Positions 9,788 to 19,798 of a stretch of DNA of 64,000 nucleotides are shown in pieces. A program made the translations under genes and the position numbers. The notes under the pieces were generated by a model. The model was not told the DNA's origin and made no database searches. It saw only the letters and a program-made list of their open reading frames with translations. This stretch comes from Demequinaceae bacterium (lineage in GTDB: Bacteria; Actinomycetota; Actinomycetes; Actinomycetales; Demequinaceae): the NCBI GenBank assembly GCA_016933155.1, contig JAFGBM010000014.1:31776-95775 (forward strand). Direction: 5' to 3'. Every line of letters starts with the position of its first letter. Positions within the stretch are counted from its first letter, which is position 1.

Positions 9788-10707
9788 GCCTCGCCCAAAT
9801 CCTCCTTGGTCGGAGGATCTGCCCCTTCCCGCGAGACGGTGATCGCCGCGATGCCGACGCAGCGGTTGAGGACGTACGTGATGACATCCGTCGTCACGGC
9901 CGGGAGCATGACGCGGTTCTCGGCCCCCATGTAGCCCTGTGACCAGAGGCCGTCGATGAGGCCTGCCATGAAGGAGTCCCCGGCACCGACCGTGTCGGCC
10001 ACAGGAACCTGAGGCGCGGTCGCGTCGATCTTCCGCCCGTCGGCGATGAACGCGGTGGCCCCCTTCGAGCCCCGGGTCACGACGATGATCGATGGCCCCA
10101 TTTCGAGCCATTGCCTCGCCAGCCCGTTAGGAGGTTGTTCGGGGTCGAGCCACTCGAGGTCTTCGTCGCTCACCTTGACGATGTCCGCGAGTTCAACCAA
10201 CTGCTCGATCTGTTTCATGGCCGTGATCCGGTTTCCCATGAGGGCCGGACGGACGTTCGGATCGTAGGTGATGGTCGCCGTCGCGCTATGGCTTTCGATG
10301 AGGGAACGAACGGTTGCGGCTCCGGGGGGCAGGATCGCCCCGAGGGAGCCCGTGTGGACGATGAGGGGTTTTCGCGTTGGGGCGGCTCCCGGGTTGATGG
10401 CCCAGGAAAGATCGAAGTCGTATTGGGCGCCCCCCGACTCGTCGATGAAGGCTCGGGCAACGGGTGTGTGGATGGCGGATTCCGAACCCCGGACGAGGGA
10501 CACCCCGGAGGCTTCCAAGTGTTCACGGATCAGCCGTCCGTGATCGTCGAGGGCGATCCAGGTCAACAGTTCGACCTGCCGATGGAGTCTCCCGAGGGCG
10601 AGCGCAACGTTTGCAGGCGATCCCCCCGGATGCGAGGTCTCGCTTCCATCGGATCGCCGGACGACATCGATGAGGGCTTCCCCGATGACGAGGGCGTGTC
10701 CGCTCAC
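9784..10707 (-). CDS. PfkB-family carbohydrate kinase (fructokinase-like)
   Basis: GGSPANVALALGRL and DTVGAGDSFMAGL motifs. Start set at GTG 10707, which overlaps the xseB stop (GTGA). The longer ORF to 10794 would run through xseB. Confidence 0.8.
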   Translation of the reverse strand: MSGHALVIGEALIDVVRRSDGSETSHPGGSPANVALALGRLHRQVELLTWIALDDHGRLIREHLEASGVSLVRGSESAIHTPVARAFIDESGGAQYDFDLSWAINPGAAPTRKPLIVHTGSLGAILPPGAATVRSLIESHSATATITYDPNVRPALMGNRITAMKQIEQLVELADIVKVSDEDLEWLDPEQPPNGLARQWLEMGPSIIVVTRGSKGATAFIADGRKIDATAPQVPVADTVGAGDSFMAGLIDGLWSQGYMGAENRVMLPAVTTDVITYVLNRCVGIAAITVSREGADPPTKEDLGEA

Positions 10708-10940
10708 GCGCCCTCCTCGACGGGTGCCGGGACGCCTTGGTCGCCTCGTGCCTTGTCGACTCGCTTGCGGGCGTCCTCGAGGAGACCCTGACACCTGACG
10801 GCGAGGGCCTCACCCCGCTCCCAGAGGGCGAGCGAATCGTCGAGGGATACCGACCCGGCCTCGAGTTTGGCGACGATGCCGATCAGTTCGTCACGAGCTT
10901 GTTCGTAGGTGAGTTCACCGGGGTTCTTCTCCGTCGCCAC
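10704..10940 (-). CDS. xseB: Exodeoxyribonuclease VII small subunit
   Basis: 78 aa with LTYEQARDELIGIVAKLEAGSVSLDDSLALWERGEAL, typical of XseB. Confidence 0.9.
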   Translation of the reverse strand: MATEKNPGELTYEQARDELIGIVAKLEAGSVSLDDSLALWERGEALAVRCQGLLEDARKRVDKARGDQGVPAPVEEGA

Positions 10941-10946
10941 ATCCCG

Positions 10947-10952
10947 AGGCTA
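10947..10952 (-). promoter_or_regulatory. Putative -10 box (TAGCCT) for leaderless xseB mRNA
   Basis: TAGCCT, 6 nt (CGGGAT), then GTG start at 10940. Confidence 0.45.
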
Positions 10953-11090
10953 CTCCACAGGGAGGGGGTCGACGATCGGGCCGGGATGGGGTCTTTCTCA
11001 CATTGGGCTGCCAGGGCGTCATGATCGCCCTCGTGCCGGCTCTCATAGGTCACCAAATAAAAACTGCGTCTCACAATGGGGTGAAACGAC

Positions 11091-11540
11091 ATGTACAGCG
11101 AAGACTATGTGCGTGAAACGACCGCACTGGGAAGTGTCCAGAAGGCAATGGCATCCGTCAATGGTGACGCCGATCTAGCCTTTCTGGCCCGGTCCCACGA
11201 AGCCAAGATCCGTGCTGCGGTGGCCGAGGCCCCGCAGACTCCCCTCACCACTCTCCTCATCCTCGCTTCGGATGCGGTACCGGCCGTTCGTGCCGGTGTC
11301 GCTCGGAACCCTCGCGCGGATCTTCCGGTGGAGGTGAGGGAGACCCTCGCACGCGACAAGAGCATCGACGTTCAGTTCGGGCTCCTCAAGTGCCCGACAC
11401 TCCCGGACAGCGTTCTCGCAAGGCTCGCCAAGTCTGGGGCCAAGGATGTTGCTTCAACCGCAAAGGAGCGGATGAAGATGCGCAAGACTTCCGGCGGAGC
11501 GCAGCCGGCGTTCGGGCAGGTCGGGTTCGCCTCCAGCTGA
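11091..11540 (+). CDS. LRV/HEAT-like repeat protein (paralog of 9404..9787)
   Basis: EAKIRAAVAEAPQTPLTTLLILASDAVPAVRAGVARNPRADLP...DKSIDV. Clear LRV-type 24-residue periodicity. Lies on the opposite strand between xseA and xseB. Confidence 0.65.
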   Translation: MYSEDYVRETTALGSVQKAMASVNGDADLAFLARSHEAKIRAAVAEAPQTPLTTLLILASDAVPAVRAGVARNPRADLPVEVRETLARDKSIDVQFGLLKCPTLPDSVLARLAKSGAKDVASTAKERMKMRKTSGGAQPAFGQVGFASS

Positions 11541-11572
11541 GGGAGAGGCGATCCCGGACTGGCCGGGGCGTG

Positions 11573-11614
11573 AAGTGGGGCGACCACCTGATCGGGGGTG
11601 GTCGCCCCCCACTT
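11573..11614. terminator. Hairpin between convergent 11091 gene and xseA
   Basis: AAGTGGGGCGACCACC ... GGTGGTCGCCCCCCACTT. About 16-bp stem with a 2-nt bulge, in the 87-bp convergent spacer. Confidence 0.5.
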
Positions 11615-11627
11615 CGTCTGGACCGGG

Positions 11628-12854
11628 TCAGGGATGGACGGCGGTGACCTGGGCCTCGGCTGAGCCGATCGCAAACCGCATCGACACTCCGGTCCCTTCC
11701 CGGAGGGAAGATGCGTCCCTCACGACTCCTCCGGCCGGACTACGGACGACCGCGTAGCCCCGGTCCAGGGTCGACTGGGGGGAGAGGGTGCGAAGGCTCG
11801 CGACCATTCCGTCGAGGGAGGCTCGCAGGTCGCCTAGGACGCCCAGGAATGCCCGCCAGCCCGATGCGGCCAACCGTGCGACATCGAGGGCGTGGGGTTC
11901 GATCAGCCGCTCGGGATGGACCAGGACGGGTCGAGAGGTCGCGGAAAGGAGGATCTGGGCTTCCCGATCCAGTCGGGCATCGATGGCGGTCCTGATGCCC
12001 GCTAGAGCTTTCGTGACGGTCCGACGTTCTTCGGCGGCGTCGGGGACGATGCGCCGCCCGGCGTCTGTCGGGGTCGAGGCTCGAAGATCCGCGACGAGGT
12101 CGAGGAGGGGGGCGTCCTTCTCGTGACCGATCGCGCTCACGAGCGGGGTGACGCATGCGGCCGCGACCCGGATCAAAGACTCAGAACTGAAGGGGAGGAG
12201 GTCCTCGAACGATCCGCCCCCACGGGCGACGACGATGACGTCCACGTCCGGGTGCGCATCGAGTTCGCGGATGGCGGCCGACGTCTCCGGGACGCACTTG
12301 CTCCCCTGAACGGTGACCCTGCGGATCTCGAATCGAACAGTGGGCCAACGTGCCGTGGCATTGGCGACCACGTCGTGTTCGGCGTCTCCTTGATTGGCGC
12401 AGATGAGGCCGACGAGCCGGGGAGCGAAGGGCAGGGGCACCTTGCGGTCGTCTGAGAAGAGGCCTTCCGCGGCCAGGCGCTCACGGAGTTCCTCGAGCCG
12501 CGTGAGGAGTTCCCCGAAGCCGACCGAACGCACCTCCCTGGCGTCGAGTTGGAGGCTGCCGCTCTTCAGCCACCAGGCGGGTTTCGCGTGGAGGACGATC
12601 CGGGATCCGTCGGACAGTGGTTCGGCGAGTGCCTCGACAGCCGCCGCGGGAAGGGTCGCCGAGAGGGAGGCGTCCTCCTCTGTGTCTCGGATGGAAAGGA
12701 AGAACAGGTGGCGCCATCTCTTGAGGTTGAGGACCTGGCCCTCGACCCAGACGGCAGGCATGCGCTCTACGTGGTCCTTGATCTTCTGGGAGAGGTGTCG
12801 CACCGGCCAGGGATGTTCGGAGGAGGTATCGGCCGCGGTTTCTGGCAGGTTCAC
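11628..12854 (-). CDS. xseA: Exodeoxyribonuclease VII large subunit
   Basis: N-terminal OB fold (VWVEGQVLNLKRWRHLFFLSIRD), central catalytic region (GLICANQGDAEHDV, VIVVARGGGSFEDL) and C-terminal helical tail. Confidence 0.88.
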   Translation of the reverse strand: MNLPETAADTSSEHPWPVRHLSQKIKDHVERMPAVWVEGQVLNLKRWRHLFFLSIRDTEEDASLSATLPAAAVEALAEPLSDGSRIVLHAKPAWWLKSGSLQLDAREVRSVGFGELLTRLEELRERLAAEGLFSDDRKVPLPFAPRLVGLICANQGDAEHDVVANATARWPTVRFEIRRVTVQGSKCVPETSAAIRELDAHPDVDVIVVARGGGSFEDLLPFSSESLIRVAAACVTPLVSAIGHEKDAPLLDLVADLRASTPTDAGRRIVPDAAEERRTVTKALAGIRTAIDARLDREAQILLSATSRPVLVHPERLIEPHALDVARLAASGWRAFLGVLGDLRASLDGMVASLRTLSPQSTLDRGYAVVRSPAGGVVRDASSLREGTGVSMRFAIGSAEAQVTAVHP

Positions 12855-12855
12855 C

Positions 12856-12871
12856 CCCCCAGCGTGCCACG
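12856..12871 (-). promoter_or_regulatory. 16-mer CGTGGCACGCTGGGGG immediately upstream of xseA start (copy 1 of 2)
   Basis: Contains the extended -10-like TGGCACGCT, with 6 nt between the hexamer CACGCT and GTG 12854. An identical 16-mer lies at 62276-62291 in front of the SRAP gene. Confidence 0.4.
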
Positions 12872-12877
12872 TAGGAT
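12872..12877 (+). promoter_or_regulatory. Putative -10 box (TAGGAT) for leaderless ispH mRNA
   Basis: TAGGAT, 6 nt (GAGGGG), GTG 12884. The divergent xseA/ispH spacer is only 29 bp. Confidence 0.45.
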
Positions 12878-12883
12878 GAGGGG

Positions 12884-13858
12884 GTGCCCACCCCCAGCAA
12901 GCGCGTGCTGCTCGCCGCTCCCCGCGGATACTGCGCGGGGGTCGACCGTGCCGTCATGGCGGTCGAGAAGGCCTTGGAGATCCACGGGCCGCCGGTGTAC
13001 GTGCGGAAGGAAATCGTCCACAACAAGTACGTGGTCGAGTCCCTGAGCACGAGGGGTGCCGTCTTCGTTCCGGACACCGACGATGTTCCCGAGGGGGCGA
13101 GGGTCGTCTTTTCGGCCCATGGGGTGTCGCCTGCGGTGCGGGAGGCGGCGGTTTCTCGGGGGCTCCTCACCATCGATGCGACCTGTCCTCTGGTGGCCAA
13201 GGTCCACAAGGAGGCCATCCGTTTCGCGCGGGCGGATCAGACGATCCTCCTCATCGGCCATGAGGGGCACGAGGAGGTCGAAGGAACGGCGGGGGAGGCA
13301 CCCGGGAACACCATCGTTGTGAATTCGCCGGAGGAGGCCATGACCGTCGAGGTCCCCGATCCCGACCAGGTCGTCTGGCTCTCCCAGACCACCCTCTCCG
13401 TCGATGAGACCCTCGAGACTGTCCGGCGGCTCAGGGATCGCTTTCCCCATCTTCAGGATCCGCCGAGCGACGACATCTGCTACGCCACCCAGAACCGACA
13501 GGTCGCGGTGAAGAAGATCGCTTCCGAATGCGGCCTCGTGATCGTCGTGGGAAGCGCCAACTCTTCAAACTCGGTCAGGCTGGTGGAGGTCGCTCTCCAG
13601 GCCGGGGCGGGGGCCGCCCACAGGATCGACCATGCGACGGAGCTCGAGGATGTCTGGTTCGACGGTGTCGCGACGGTGGGGGTGACCTCGGGAGCCTCGG
13701 TTCCCGAGATCCTCGTGCGAGACCTTCTCGAGGCCCTTGCGAAGCGTGGCTACGGCGAGGTCGAGGAGGTCCGAACCGCAACGGAGGACCTCATGTTCTC
13801 CCTGCCCCACGAGATCCGAGCAGACATCCGGGCCAAGGAGGAGGTTACGGAGGGCTAA
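12884..13858 (+). CDS. ispH: 4-hydroxy-3-methylbut-2-enyl diphosphate reductase
   Basis: [40 protein letters not shown]. Classical IspH/LytB motifs with the three Cys ligands. Confidence 0.93.
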   Translation: MPTPSKRVLLAAPRGYCAGVDRAVMAVEKALEIHGPPVYVRKEIVHNKYVVESLSTRGAVFVPDTDDVPEGARVVFSAHGVSPAVREAAVSRGLLTIDATCPLVAKVHKEAIRFARADQTILLIGHEGHEEVEGTAGEAPGNTIVVNSPEEAMTVEVPDPDQVVWLSQTTLSVDETLETVRRLRDRFPHLQDPPSDDICYATQNRQVAVKKIASECGLVIVVGSANSSNSVRLVEVALQAGAGAAHRIDHATELEDVWFDGVATVGVTSGASVPEILVRDLLEALAKRGYGEVEEVRTATEDLMFSLPHEIRADIRAKEEVTEG

Positions 13859-15153
13859 TCCTTGGGGCCGTCTTCCCGGGGTTCGGTCGCGTCGCTGACC
13901 TCGACGTCCGGCGCGACGATCTGACGGATCTGGACCGCGGCCGGATTCGCCTCAGGGAGTTCGACGGCAACCTCTTGGAGTTCCCCGAACCTGCGCGCCG
14001 AGACCAGCACCCGCTTCTCGAACGAGGCGACGGTGTCGTTGTAGGCGTTGCCCGCCCCCTCGATGGCCTTCCCGACCCTCGCCAGATGGTCGCCCATGGT
14101 TCGGAGCCGATCGTAGAGGTCACGACCGGTCGTGAGGACGGCCTGGGCGTTCTTGGCGAGGGCGTCCTCCCTCCAGGCGTGGGCGACGGTGCGAAGCATC
14201 GCGACCAGGGTCGTGGGGGTCGCGATAACGACGTTCTTGGAAAAGGCATATTCCTGGAGCGCGGGATCTTGCTCGATGGCGGCCTGATAGAACGCCTCGG
14301 AGGGGACGAACATGACGACGAACTCCGGGGCGGCACTGAACTGCTCCCAGTACTTCTTTCCCGCAAGGTCGTCGATGTGCTTCTTCACGTGACGGGCGTG
14401 GGCGACAAGCCGCTCGGCTCGAACCTTCTCGTCGTCGGTCTCGAACGCCTCGATAAGGGCGGCGAGAGCAACCTTGGAATCGACCACGATCGTCTTCCCA
14501 CCCGCCAGCTTGACCGTGAGGTCCGGCCGGAGGTTCTTTCCGTCGGCGTCCTTGACGTTCTCTTGCTCGTCGAAGTCGACGAACTTGACCATTCCGGCGA
14601 GTTCGACGATGCGCCGAAGCTGGACCTCTCCCCAGTTGCCCCGCACATCCGAGCGTCGGAGGGTGTTGATGAAGTCCGTCGTCTTCTTGTCGAGCTTCTC
14701 CGAAGCCGTGATCATCTGGATGACCTGTTCCCGAAGGGCGGCCTGGCCCTCGGTGCGCAGGCGCTCGGCCTCGGTCGTCTGGCGGCGCACCTCGTCGAGG
14801 GCTTTGGAGACGGGTTCGACCATCTGCTTGACGGCCTCCTCCCGCTTCGCGAGCTCCGCATCATGCTGGACGGCGGTGCGCTTGAACCGTTCGTCGGCCA
14901 TATCGAGGAATTGTCGGGTGTTCTGGGCCAGCACATCGGCGGAAAGGGCCTTGAGTTCATCCTTGAGGGCGAGGTGGGATTCCTTGATGTCGGCGATCCG
15001 CTGGTCGGCCTCCATTCGGACCCGGGCCTCGCGTTCCGCGGCTCGTCGTTCCGCTACGGCTTCCGTCCGTGCGGACGAGCGGGCCACGGCAACCGCATAG
15101 GCGACGACGGCCCCGATGAGGAAGCCCCCAACCGCGAAAAGTGCTTGAGTCAT
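13855..15153 (-). CDS. rmuC: DNA recombination protein RmuC
   Basis: N-terminal TM, long charged coiled coil, C-terminal RmuC region ([26 protein letters not shown]). Start set at ATG 15153. The longer ORF to 15339 overlaps ychF. Confidence 0.85.
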   Translation of the reverse strand: MTQALFAVGGFLIGAVVAYAVAVARSSARTEAVAERRAAEREARVRMEADQRIADIKESHLALKDELKALSADVLAQNTRQFLDMADERFKRTAVQHDAELAKREEAVKQMVEPVSKALDEVRRQTTEAERLRTEGQAALREQVIQMITASEKLDKKTTDFINTLRRSDVRGNWGEVQLRRIVELAGMVKFVDFDEQENVKDADGKNLRPDLTVKLAGGKTIVVDSKVALAALIEAFETDDEKVRAERLVAHARHVKKHIDDLAGKKYWEQFSAAPEFVVMFVPSEAFYQAAIEQDPALQEYAFSKNVVIATPTTLVAMLRTVAHAWREDALAKNAQAVLTTGRDLYDRLRTMGDHLARVGKAIEGAGNAYNDTVASFEKRVLVSARRFGELQEVAVELPEANPAAVQIRQIVAPDVEVSDATEPREDGPKD

Positions 15154-15235
15154 GGATCCACTCTGGCATGGTCCTGTGACACGGGGGCGGACTCCTCTGA
15201 GGTCCGAGAGCAATCGCCTACGACCTTCGCGCCGG

Positions 15236-15241
15236 TAGACT
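15236..15241 (+). promoter_or_regulatory. Putative -10 box (TAGACT) for leaderless ychF mRNA
   Basis: TAGACT, 6 nt (CGCCGC), GTG 15248. Confidence 0.45.
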
Positions 15242-15247
15242 CGCCGC

Positions 15248-16327
15248 GTGGCTCTCACCATCGGAATCGTCGGCCTGCCGAACGTCGGCAAGTCAACCCT
15301 CTTCAATGCCTTGACGCGCGCGAGCGTTCTCGCGGCCAACTATCCCTTCGCGACGATCGAGCCCAATATTGGGGTGGTGCCCCTTCCCGACCCGCGTCTT
15401 TCCGTTCTGTCGGGCCTCTTCCATTCCGAGAGAATCGTCCCCGCGACGGTGAGTTTCGTGGATATCGCCGGGATCGTCAAGGGCGCATCCGAGGGGGAAG
15501 GCCTGGGGAATGCCTTCCTCTCCCACATCAGGGAGGCGGACGCCATCTGCTTGGTCACGCGGGCCTTCGAGGATCCCGACGTGGTTCACGTCGAAGGTCG
15601 GATCGACGTCGCTTCCGACATCGAGACCATCATCACGGAGCTGATACTCGCCGACCTCCAGACCATGGAGAAGGTCATCGCCAGGGTCGAGAAGGATGTC
15701 CGCAACAGGAAGGCCTCCCCGGAGTTTCTCAAGGAATGCCAACGCGCGGAGGAGGTTCTCTCCTCGGGCACCACCATCTCGGCCGCAGAGCCGGCCCTCG
15801 ACGCCGCCCTCATCCGCGAACTGACGCTGCTGACCGCCAAACCCTTCATATATGTCTTCAATGCCGACGAGGCCACCCTGGCCGACGCATCCCGCAGGGC
15901 GATCCTGGAGGGGGCCGTCGCCCCGGCGAAGGCGATCGTCCTCGACGCGAAGTTCGAATCCGAACTCGTCGACCTCACCCCGGACGAGGCGCGCGAGATG
16001 CTCGAGGCCTCCGGACAGTCCGAATCGGGACTCGACCAATTGGCGACGGTGGGATTCGACACCCTGGGTCTCCAGACCTTCCTGACCGCGGGCCCGAAGG
16101 AGTCGCGTGCCTGGACCATCCGCAAGGGGTGGACGGCGCCCCAGGCCGCCGGGGTCATCCACACCGACTTCGAACGGGGATTCATCAAGGCCGAGATCGT
16201 CTCCTACGGGCACCTCGTCGAGGCCGGGTCCGTCGCCGAGGCCCGCGCACGGGGGTGGGTCCGAATGGAGGGCAAGGACTATGTCATGGCCGATGGGGAT
16301 GTCGTAGAGTTCCGATTCAACACATAG
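15248..16327 (+). CDS. ychF: Ribosome-binding ATPase YchF
   Basis: [19 protein letters not shown]-loop, [18 protein letters not shown]-terminal TGS-like domain ([27 protein letters not shown]). Confidence 0.95.
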   Translation: MALTIGIVGLPNVGKSTLFNALTRASVLAANYPFATIEPNIGVVPLPDPRLSVLSGLFHSERIVPATVSFVDIAGIVKGASEGEGLGNAFLSHIREADAICLVTRAFEDPDVVHVEGRIDVASDIETIITELILADLQTMEKVIARVEKDVRNRKASPEFLKECQRAEEVLSSGTTISAAEPALDAALIRELTLLTAKPFIYVFNADEATLADASRRAILEGAVAPAKAIVLDAKFESELVDLTPDEAREMLEASGQSESGLDQLATVGFDTLGLQTFLTAGPKESRAWTIRKGWTAPQAAGVIHTDFERGFIKAEIVSYGHLVEAGSVAEARARGWVRMEGKDYVMADGDVVEFRFNT

Positions 16328-16402
16328 GGCTCAAACGGCGCGTGACGAACTCCACGGGTCCCCCTACTTCCCGGTTCGGCTCTGGTCTAATACGCTCGAT
16401 GT

Positions 16403-16807
16403 ATGGGTCAAGGTACCGACTCCTGGATGCCGGAGGACTCGGACGAGCCGGGGGCGAAGCCAGCGGTGTCGTGGGATGAGATCTCGCCGGAGAGCCTCCG
16501 CCAATCCGCCCTGCATTCTGAGGATTCGAATGAGGTTGAGGTTGACGACTCCCTGAGCGTGGTTGGAATGGCTTGGTTTGAGGTCATTCTCGGGGTGCTC
16601 ATGGGAATCGCCTCGATGATGGCCCTGTGGTACTTCACGGATGGCGGCCTTGCGTTGATCCTTCCGATCCCCGCCGTCGCCCTCGGGACGCCGCTCGTCC
16701 TGACCAAGCGCCGCGATCTCCGATATCTCGGATACGGAATGCTGGCGTCGATCCCCATCGCTTTCGTGTTGGGGATGCTGCTGTGGTATCTCACCCTCTT
16801 CGTCTAG
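16403..16807 (+). CDS. Small membrane protein with acidic N-terminal tail
   Basis: Acidic soluble N-terminus followed by 3 hydrophobic helices. No family recognised. Confidence 0.5.
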   Translation: MGQGTDSWMPEDSDEPGAKPAVSWDEISPESLRQSALHSEDSNEVEVDDSLSVVGMAWFEVILGVLMGIASMMALWYFTDGGLALILPIPAVALGTPLVLTKRRDLRYLGYGMLASIPIAFVLGMLLWYLTLFV

Positions 16808-16835
16808 CACTGACCTCCTCGGAATAGGCCTTATT

Positions 16836-17204
16836 GTGGTGGACATGCTGCGTATGGTGATGCCCTACGGAGCCTTGGCATTTCTCGGGATCCTCGTGGC
16901 GGTGGTCGGAACTGGCGGGCATCGCTACGAGCCCCCCTTGGGCCCCGCTTGCGTCTTGCTCTTGGTTGTCACCGCCGGGACCTTTGCGAGGACGTGGATG
17001 TCATGGACGGGGCTTCTGGTGTATGCCGAGGCCTGGATCGGAGTCGTTTTGCTCGTCTACTTCGTTCGGGGTCCTGGCGAATCGATCGTTCTCCTCGGCG
17101 ACAACCTCGGAAAGATCTGGATGTTCGGAGGTTCGATAGCGGCAGTCGTTCCCGCCTTCATCCCTCGACGGTTCGTAACGGACGGCACACGCCATGGACG
17201 ATGA
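16836..17204 (+). CDS. Small integral membrane protein
   Basis: Four hydrophobic segments. Overlaps the next gene start by 11 nt. No family recognised. Confidence 0.5.
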   Translation: MVDMLRMVMPYGALAFLGILVAVVGTGGHRYEPPLGPACVLLLVVTAGTFARTWMSWTGLLVYAEAWIGVVLLVYFVRGPGESIVLLGDNLGKIWMFGGSIAAVVPAFIPRRFVTDGTRHGR

Positions 17205-19743
17205 AACGATGACGCCCGAGGAAGACGGGTCCGCGACAACGGACGGACCCGTTCAGGCTTCTCGGCGCGCCGGTCGGGCCCTGGTCGAGGGCGCCGGTTC
17301 GGGGATCGCCGCTGCCGTGAAGGGGGTCCGAGCCTTCGGGAGAGGCGTGGGGGCCGTGGCGGCGCGGGGATGGAGTGGCTTGACCGCTGGGAGGGCGCAA
17401 CGGGCGGAGACCCGGATCGAGGCCGCCCGCGAGGCCGCGAGGCTTCGGGCGTTGGAGTTGGGCGCGCCGGTCGCGCCGAGGCCGATCGTCGCGGTGGGAA
17501 AGGCTGAGGCCCCGACAGAGCCTGAAGCAGAGCCCGAGCCCGAGCCCGAGCCTGAGCTTGAGCCCGAGCCTGAGCTTGAGCCCGAGGCTGAGGCAGAGCC
17601 CGAGGCAGAGCCGGAGCCGGAGCCCGAGCCGGAGCCGGAGCCGGAGCCCGAGCCTGAGCCTGAGCCCGAGCCCGAGCCCGAGCGTGAGCCGGTTCCTACG
17701 CTCTCGGCGGGGAATCGCGTCCGGATTCTGTCCGGCCGGATTGTCGGAATGATCGGCGCCGCGGCCGAGGGGACACGACGAACGGCGACGAAGGCCGCGA
17801 AGGCCGTGGCCCCCGCAGGAACTGCGATCAAGCGGGGTGTCGTCGCAGGCGGCCGGGCGGTGGGGACGGGGCTGGCCCGATTCGGAAAGGCCCTGGGTCC
17901 CGCGGGTGCAGCCCTCGGAACGGGAATCATCGCCACCGGTCGTGGGGTTGGACGGGCCCTAGGTCGTTTTGGACGTTCCCTCGGATCGATCGGGGGCGCC
18001 GGCTTCGAGAGGGCAGGCCGAGCGCTTGATCGGCTGGGAGATGCCATCGGGCGACGGCTCCGTCGTGCTCGGAGGGCTTGGGCCACCCGTCCGCCGCGTC
18101 CGCGCCTCTGGACCTCGATAGGGGCGGGCCTCGTCATCATCGTCAGTTATGTCCTGGCCCAGGCGTCTGTGGCGTCTCGGGTGGCCCCGGATACGACGGT
18201 GCTGGGTGTTGATGTGGGCGGTATCCCCATTGAGGAGGCCCAGAGTCTCCTCGAAGAGCAGCTCACCGAGGTTTCCTCAGAGATGGTGTCCATCTCGGCC
18301 CACGGTCGGGTCGTGCTCATGGATCCCGAAGAACTCGGGCTCAGCATCGATGTCGAGTCCACCCTCGATTCCCTTTCGGGGTTCTCGTGGTCCCCGTCGG
18401 CGCTGTGGCAGCATGCGGTGGGAGCGGGCCCGATCGAGCCCGTGGTGGTGATCGACGAGGCCGTGTTCACCCAAGCCATGGACAGGGCAGCCACGACGCT
18501 CAGCCAGGAGGTGCGGGAAGCCGAGGTCGCTCTCGGGCCGGCCGGCGCCTCGGTCCAGGCGGGTCAAGACGGAGTCGATGTCGACGCGGGCGACATCGCC
18601 CGCGCGGTTCTCGAAGCCTGGCCGTCGGATTCCCCCATTGCGGTCCCGGTCGAAGTCACTCCGGCTACCCGTGATACAGGGGAGGCGCAGCGATTCGCCC
18701 GGGCCGTCAACGGTATCGTGCTCGGCTCGCCCGTGGTCCTGTCAAGCCCGAACGGGTCGGTGACCCTCACTCCGGAGGATGTTGTCACCCACGGAATGAT
18801 CGTCTCGGATGGCCCCCAGTTCGGCTTGGCCATGAACCAGGACACCCTGGGGGAACTCATCCTGGAGAGGCTCCCTCGGGTGGAGAACGCCGCTGTCAAT
18901 GCTCGTTTCGGGTTCGATTCCCAGCATCAGTTGTACGTCAGGCCCGGGGTTCCGGCCCGGACGCTCGACGTCGAGGCGCTGGACGACGTGGTCGTCCACG
19001 CGGTCATGAGTGCCAGCAGGGCGGGCGAGATTCCTCTCGTCGAGACCGCTCCCGCCGTCACCACCGAGGACCTGGAGAGTTCCGACTATCAAGAAATCGT
19101 CGCCACGTACTACACCGAATTCACGCCGAGGGAACCTTCGAGGGAGCGCAACATCGCCAACGCAGCCTCGAAGATCGTCGGAATGGTCGTCGAGCCAGGC
19201 GAGGTGTTCAGCATCACTGACGCGATCGGACCCATCACAGGCGCGAATGGGTATGTCAGTGCCGGCGTCATCGTCGGAGGGGTGCACACCAGCGGGATCG
19301 GCGGGGGGCTCTGCCAGATCGCCACGACGAGCTACGTCGCCGCCTACCTCGCCGGATTCGAGATCGTCGAACGTCGAGGCCACACGGAATGGTTCTCCCG
19401 ATACCCCGCAGGAAGGGACGCCGCGATCGCCGAGGGGATCGACATGAGATTCAGGAACGACACCCCCTACGCGATGATGTTCAACGCCTACGTTGAGAAT
19501 GCGGGGCTCAGGGTCGACATCTGGTCCACCCCGTACTACACGGTCGAGGCCAGCACGTCGGGTAAGTACAACATCACGGGTGGTGGATACCGAACCGAGA
19601 CCGAGACCCCGTGCTACCCCTCCTACCCGAAGAACGGCTTCACCATCACGGACACCCGGAAGGTCTACCTCGACGGCGAACTCGTCAGGTCGGAGGATCG
19701 GGTATCCGTGTATCGAGCCGTCTCGGGCACCAAATGCGTGTAG
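17194..19743 (+). CDS. VanW-domain membrane protein with long disordered N-terminal region
   Basis: N-terminal Ala/Gly/Arg-rich region plus (EP)n tract. TM around [24 protein letters not shown]-terminal VanW-like region ([40 protein letters not shown]). Confidence 0.8.
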   Translation: MDDETMTPEEDGSATTDGPVQASRRAGRALVEGAGSGIAAAVKGVRAFGRGVGAVAARGWSGLTAGRAQRAETRIEAAREAARLRALELGAPVAPRPIVAVGKAEAPTEPEAEPEPEPEPELEPEPELEPEAEAEPEAEPEPEPEPEPEPEPEPEPEPEPEPEREPVPTLSAGNRVRILSGRIVGMIGAAAEGTRRTATKAAKAVAPAGTAIKRGVVAGGRAVGTGLARFGKALGPAGAALGTGIIATGRGVGRALGRFGRSLGSIGGAGFERAGRALDRLGDAIGRRLRRARRAWATRPPRPRLWTSIGAGLVIIVSYVLAQASVASRVAPDTTVLGVDVGGIPIEEAQSLLEEQLTEVSSEMVSISAHGRVVLMDPEELGLSIDVESTLDSLSGFSWSPSALWQHAVGAGPIEPVVVIDEAVFTQAMDRAATTLSQEVREAEVALGPAGASVQAGQDGVDVDAGDIARAVLEAWPSDSPIAVPVEVTPATRDTGEAQRFARAVNGIVLGSPVVLSSPNGSVTLTPEDVVTHGMIVSDGPQFGLAMNQDTLGELILERLPRVENAAVNARFGFDSQHQLYVRPGVPARTLDVEALDDVVVHAVMSASRAGEIPLVETAPAVTTEDLESSDYQEIVATYYTEFTPREPSRERNIANAASKIVGMVVEPGEVFSITDAIGPITGANGYVSAGVIVGGVHTSGIGGGLCQIATTSYVAAYLAGFEIVERRGHTEWFSRYPAGRDAAIAEGIDMRFRNDTPYAMMFNAYVENAGLRVDIWSTPYYTVEASTSGKYNITGGGYRTETETPCYPSYPKNGFTITDTRKVYLDGELVRSEDRVSVYRAVSGTKCV
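17518..17690 (+). repeat. In-frame hexanucleotide tandem repeat (GAGCCN)n encoding (E-P/A/L)n
   Basis: About 29 consecutive GAG-CCN-like units read directly in the DNA. Translates to [55 protein letters not shown]. Confidence 0.9.
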
Positions 19744-19798
19744 GGCCCGAGGACGGCTCGGTAGGATGGGCTCATCCGATCGAGCCCGAGGAGAATCC

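Noticed and set aside
5800-15153. PhoH2 (PIN-PhoH) and RmuC here, with SRAP at 61588, as parts of a phage-defence or toxin island
   Set aside because: Each sits in the housekeeping synteny I recall from mycobacteria (phoH2...fumC...xseBA-ispH-rmuC-ychF). There are no adjacent antitoxin-like, methylase, helicase or mobile-element genes.
13528-16479. 983-aa plus-strand ORF, the longest in the track
   Set aside because: It runs antisense through rmuC and out of frame through ychF. Its translation is Arg/Gly/Pro/Asp-rich low-complexity sequence, typical of stop-free alternative frames in high-GC DNA. Both overlapped genes have strong family motifs.
17518-17690. Possible CRISPR array or non-coding satellite
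   Set aside because: The period is only 6 nt, there are no spacers, and the tract is in frame inside a long CDS encoding (EP)n. It is a coding microsatellite, not a CRISPR array.
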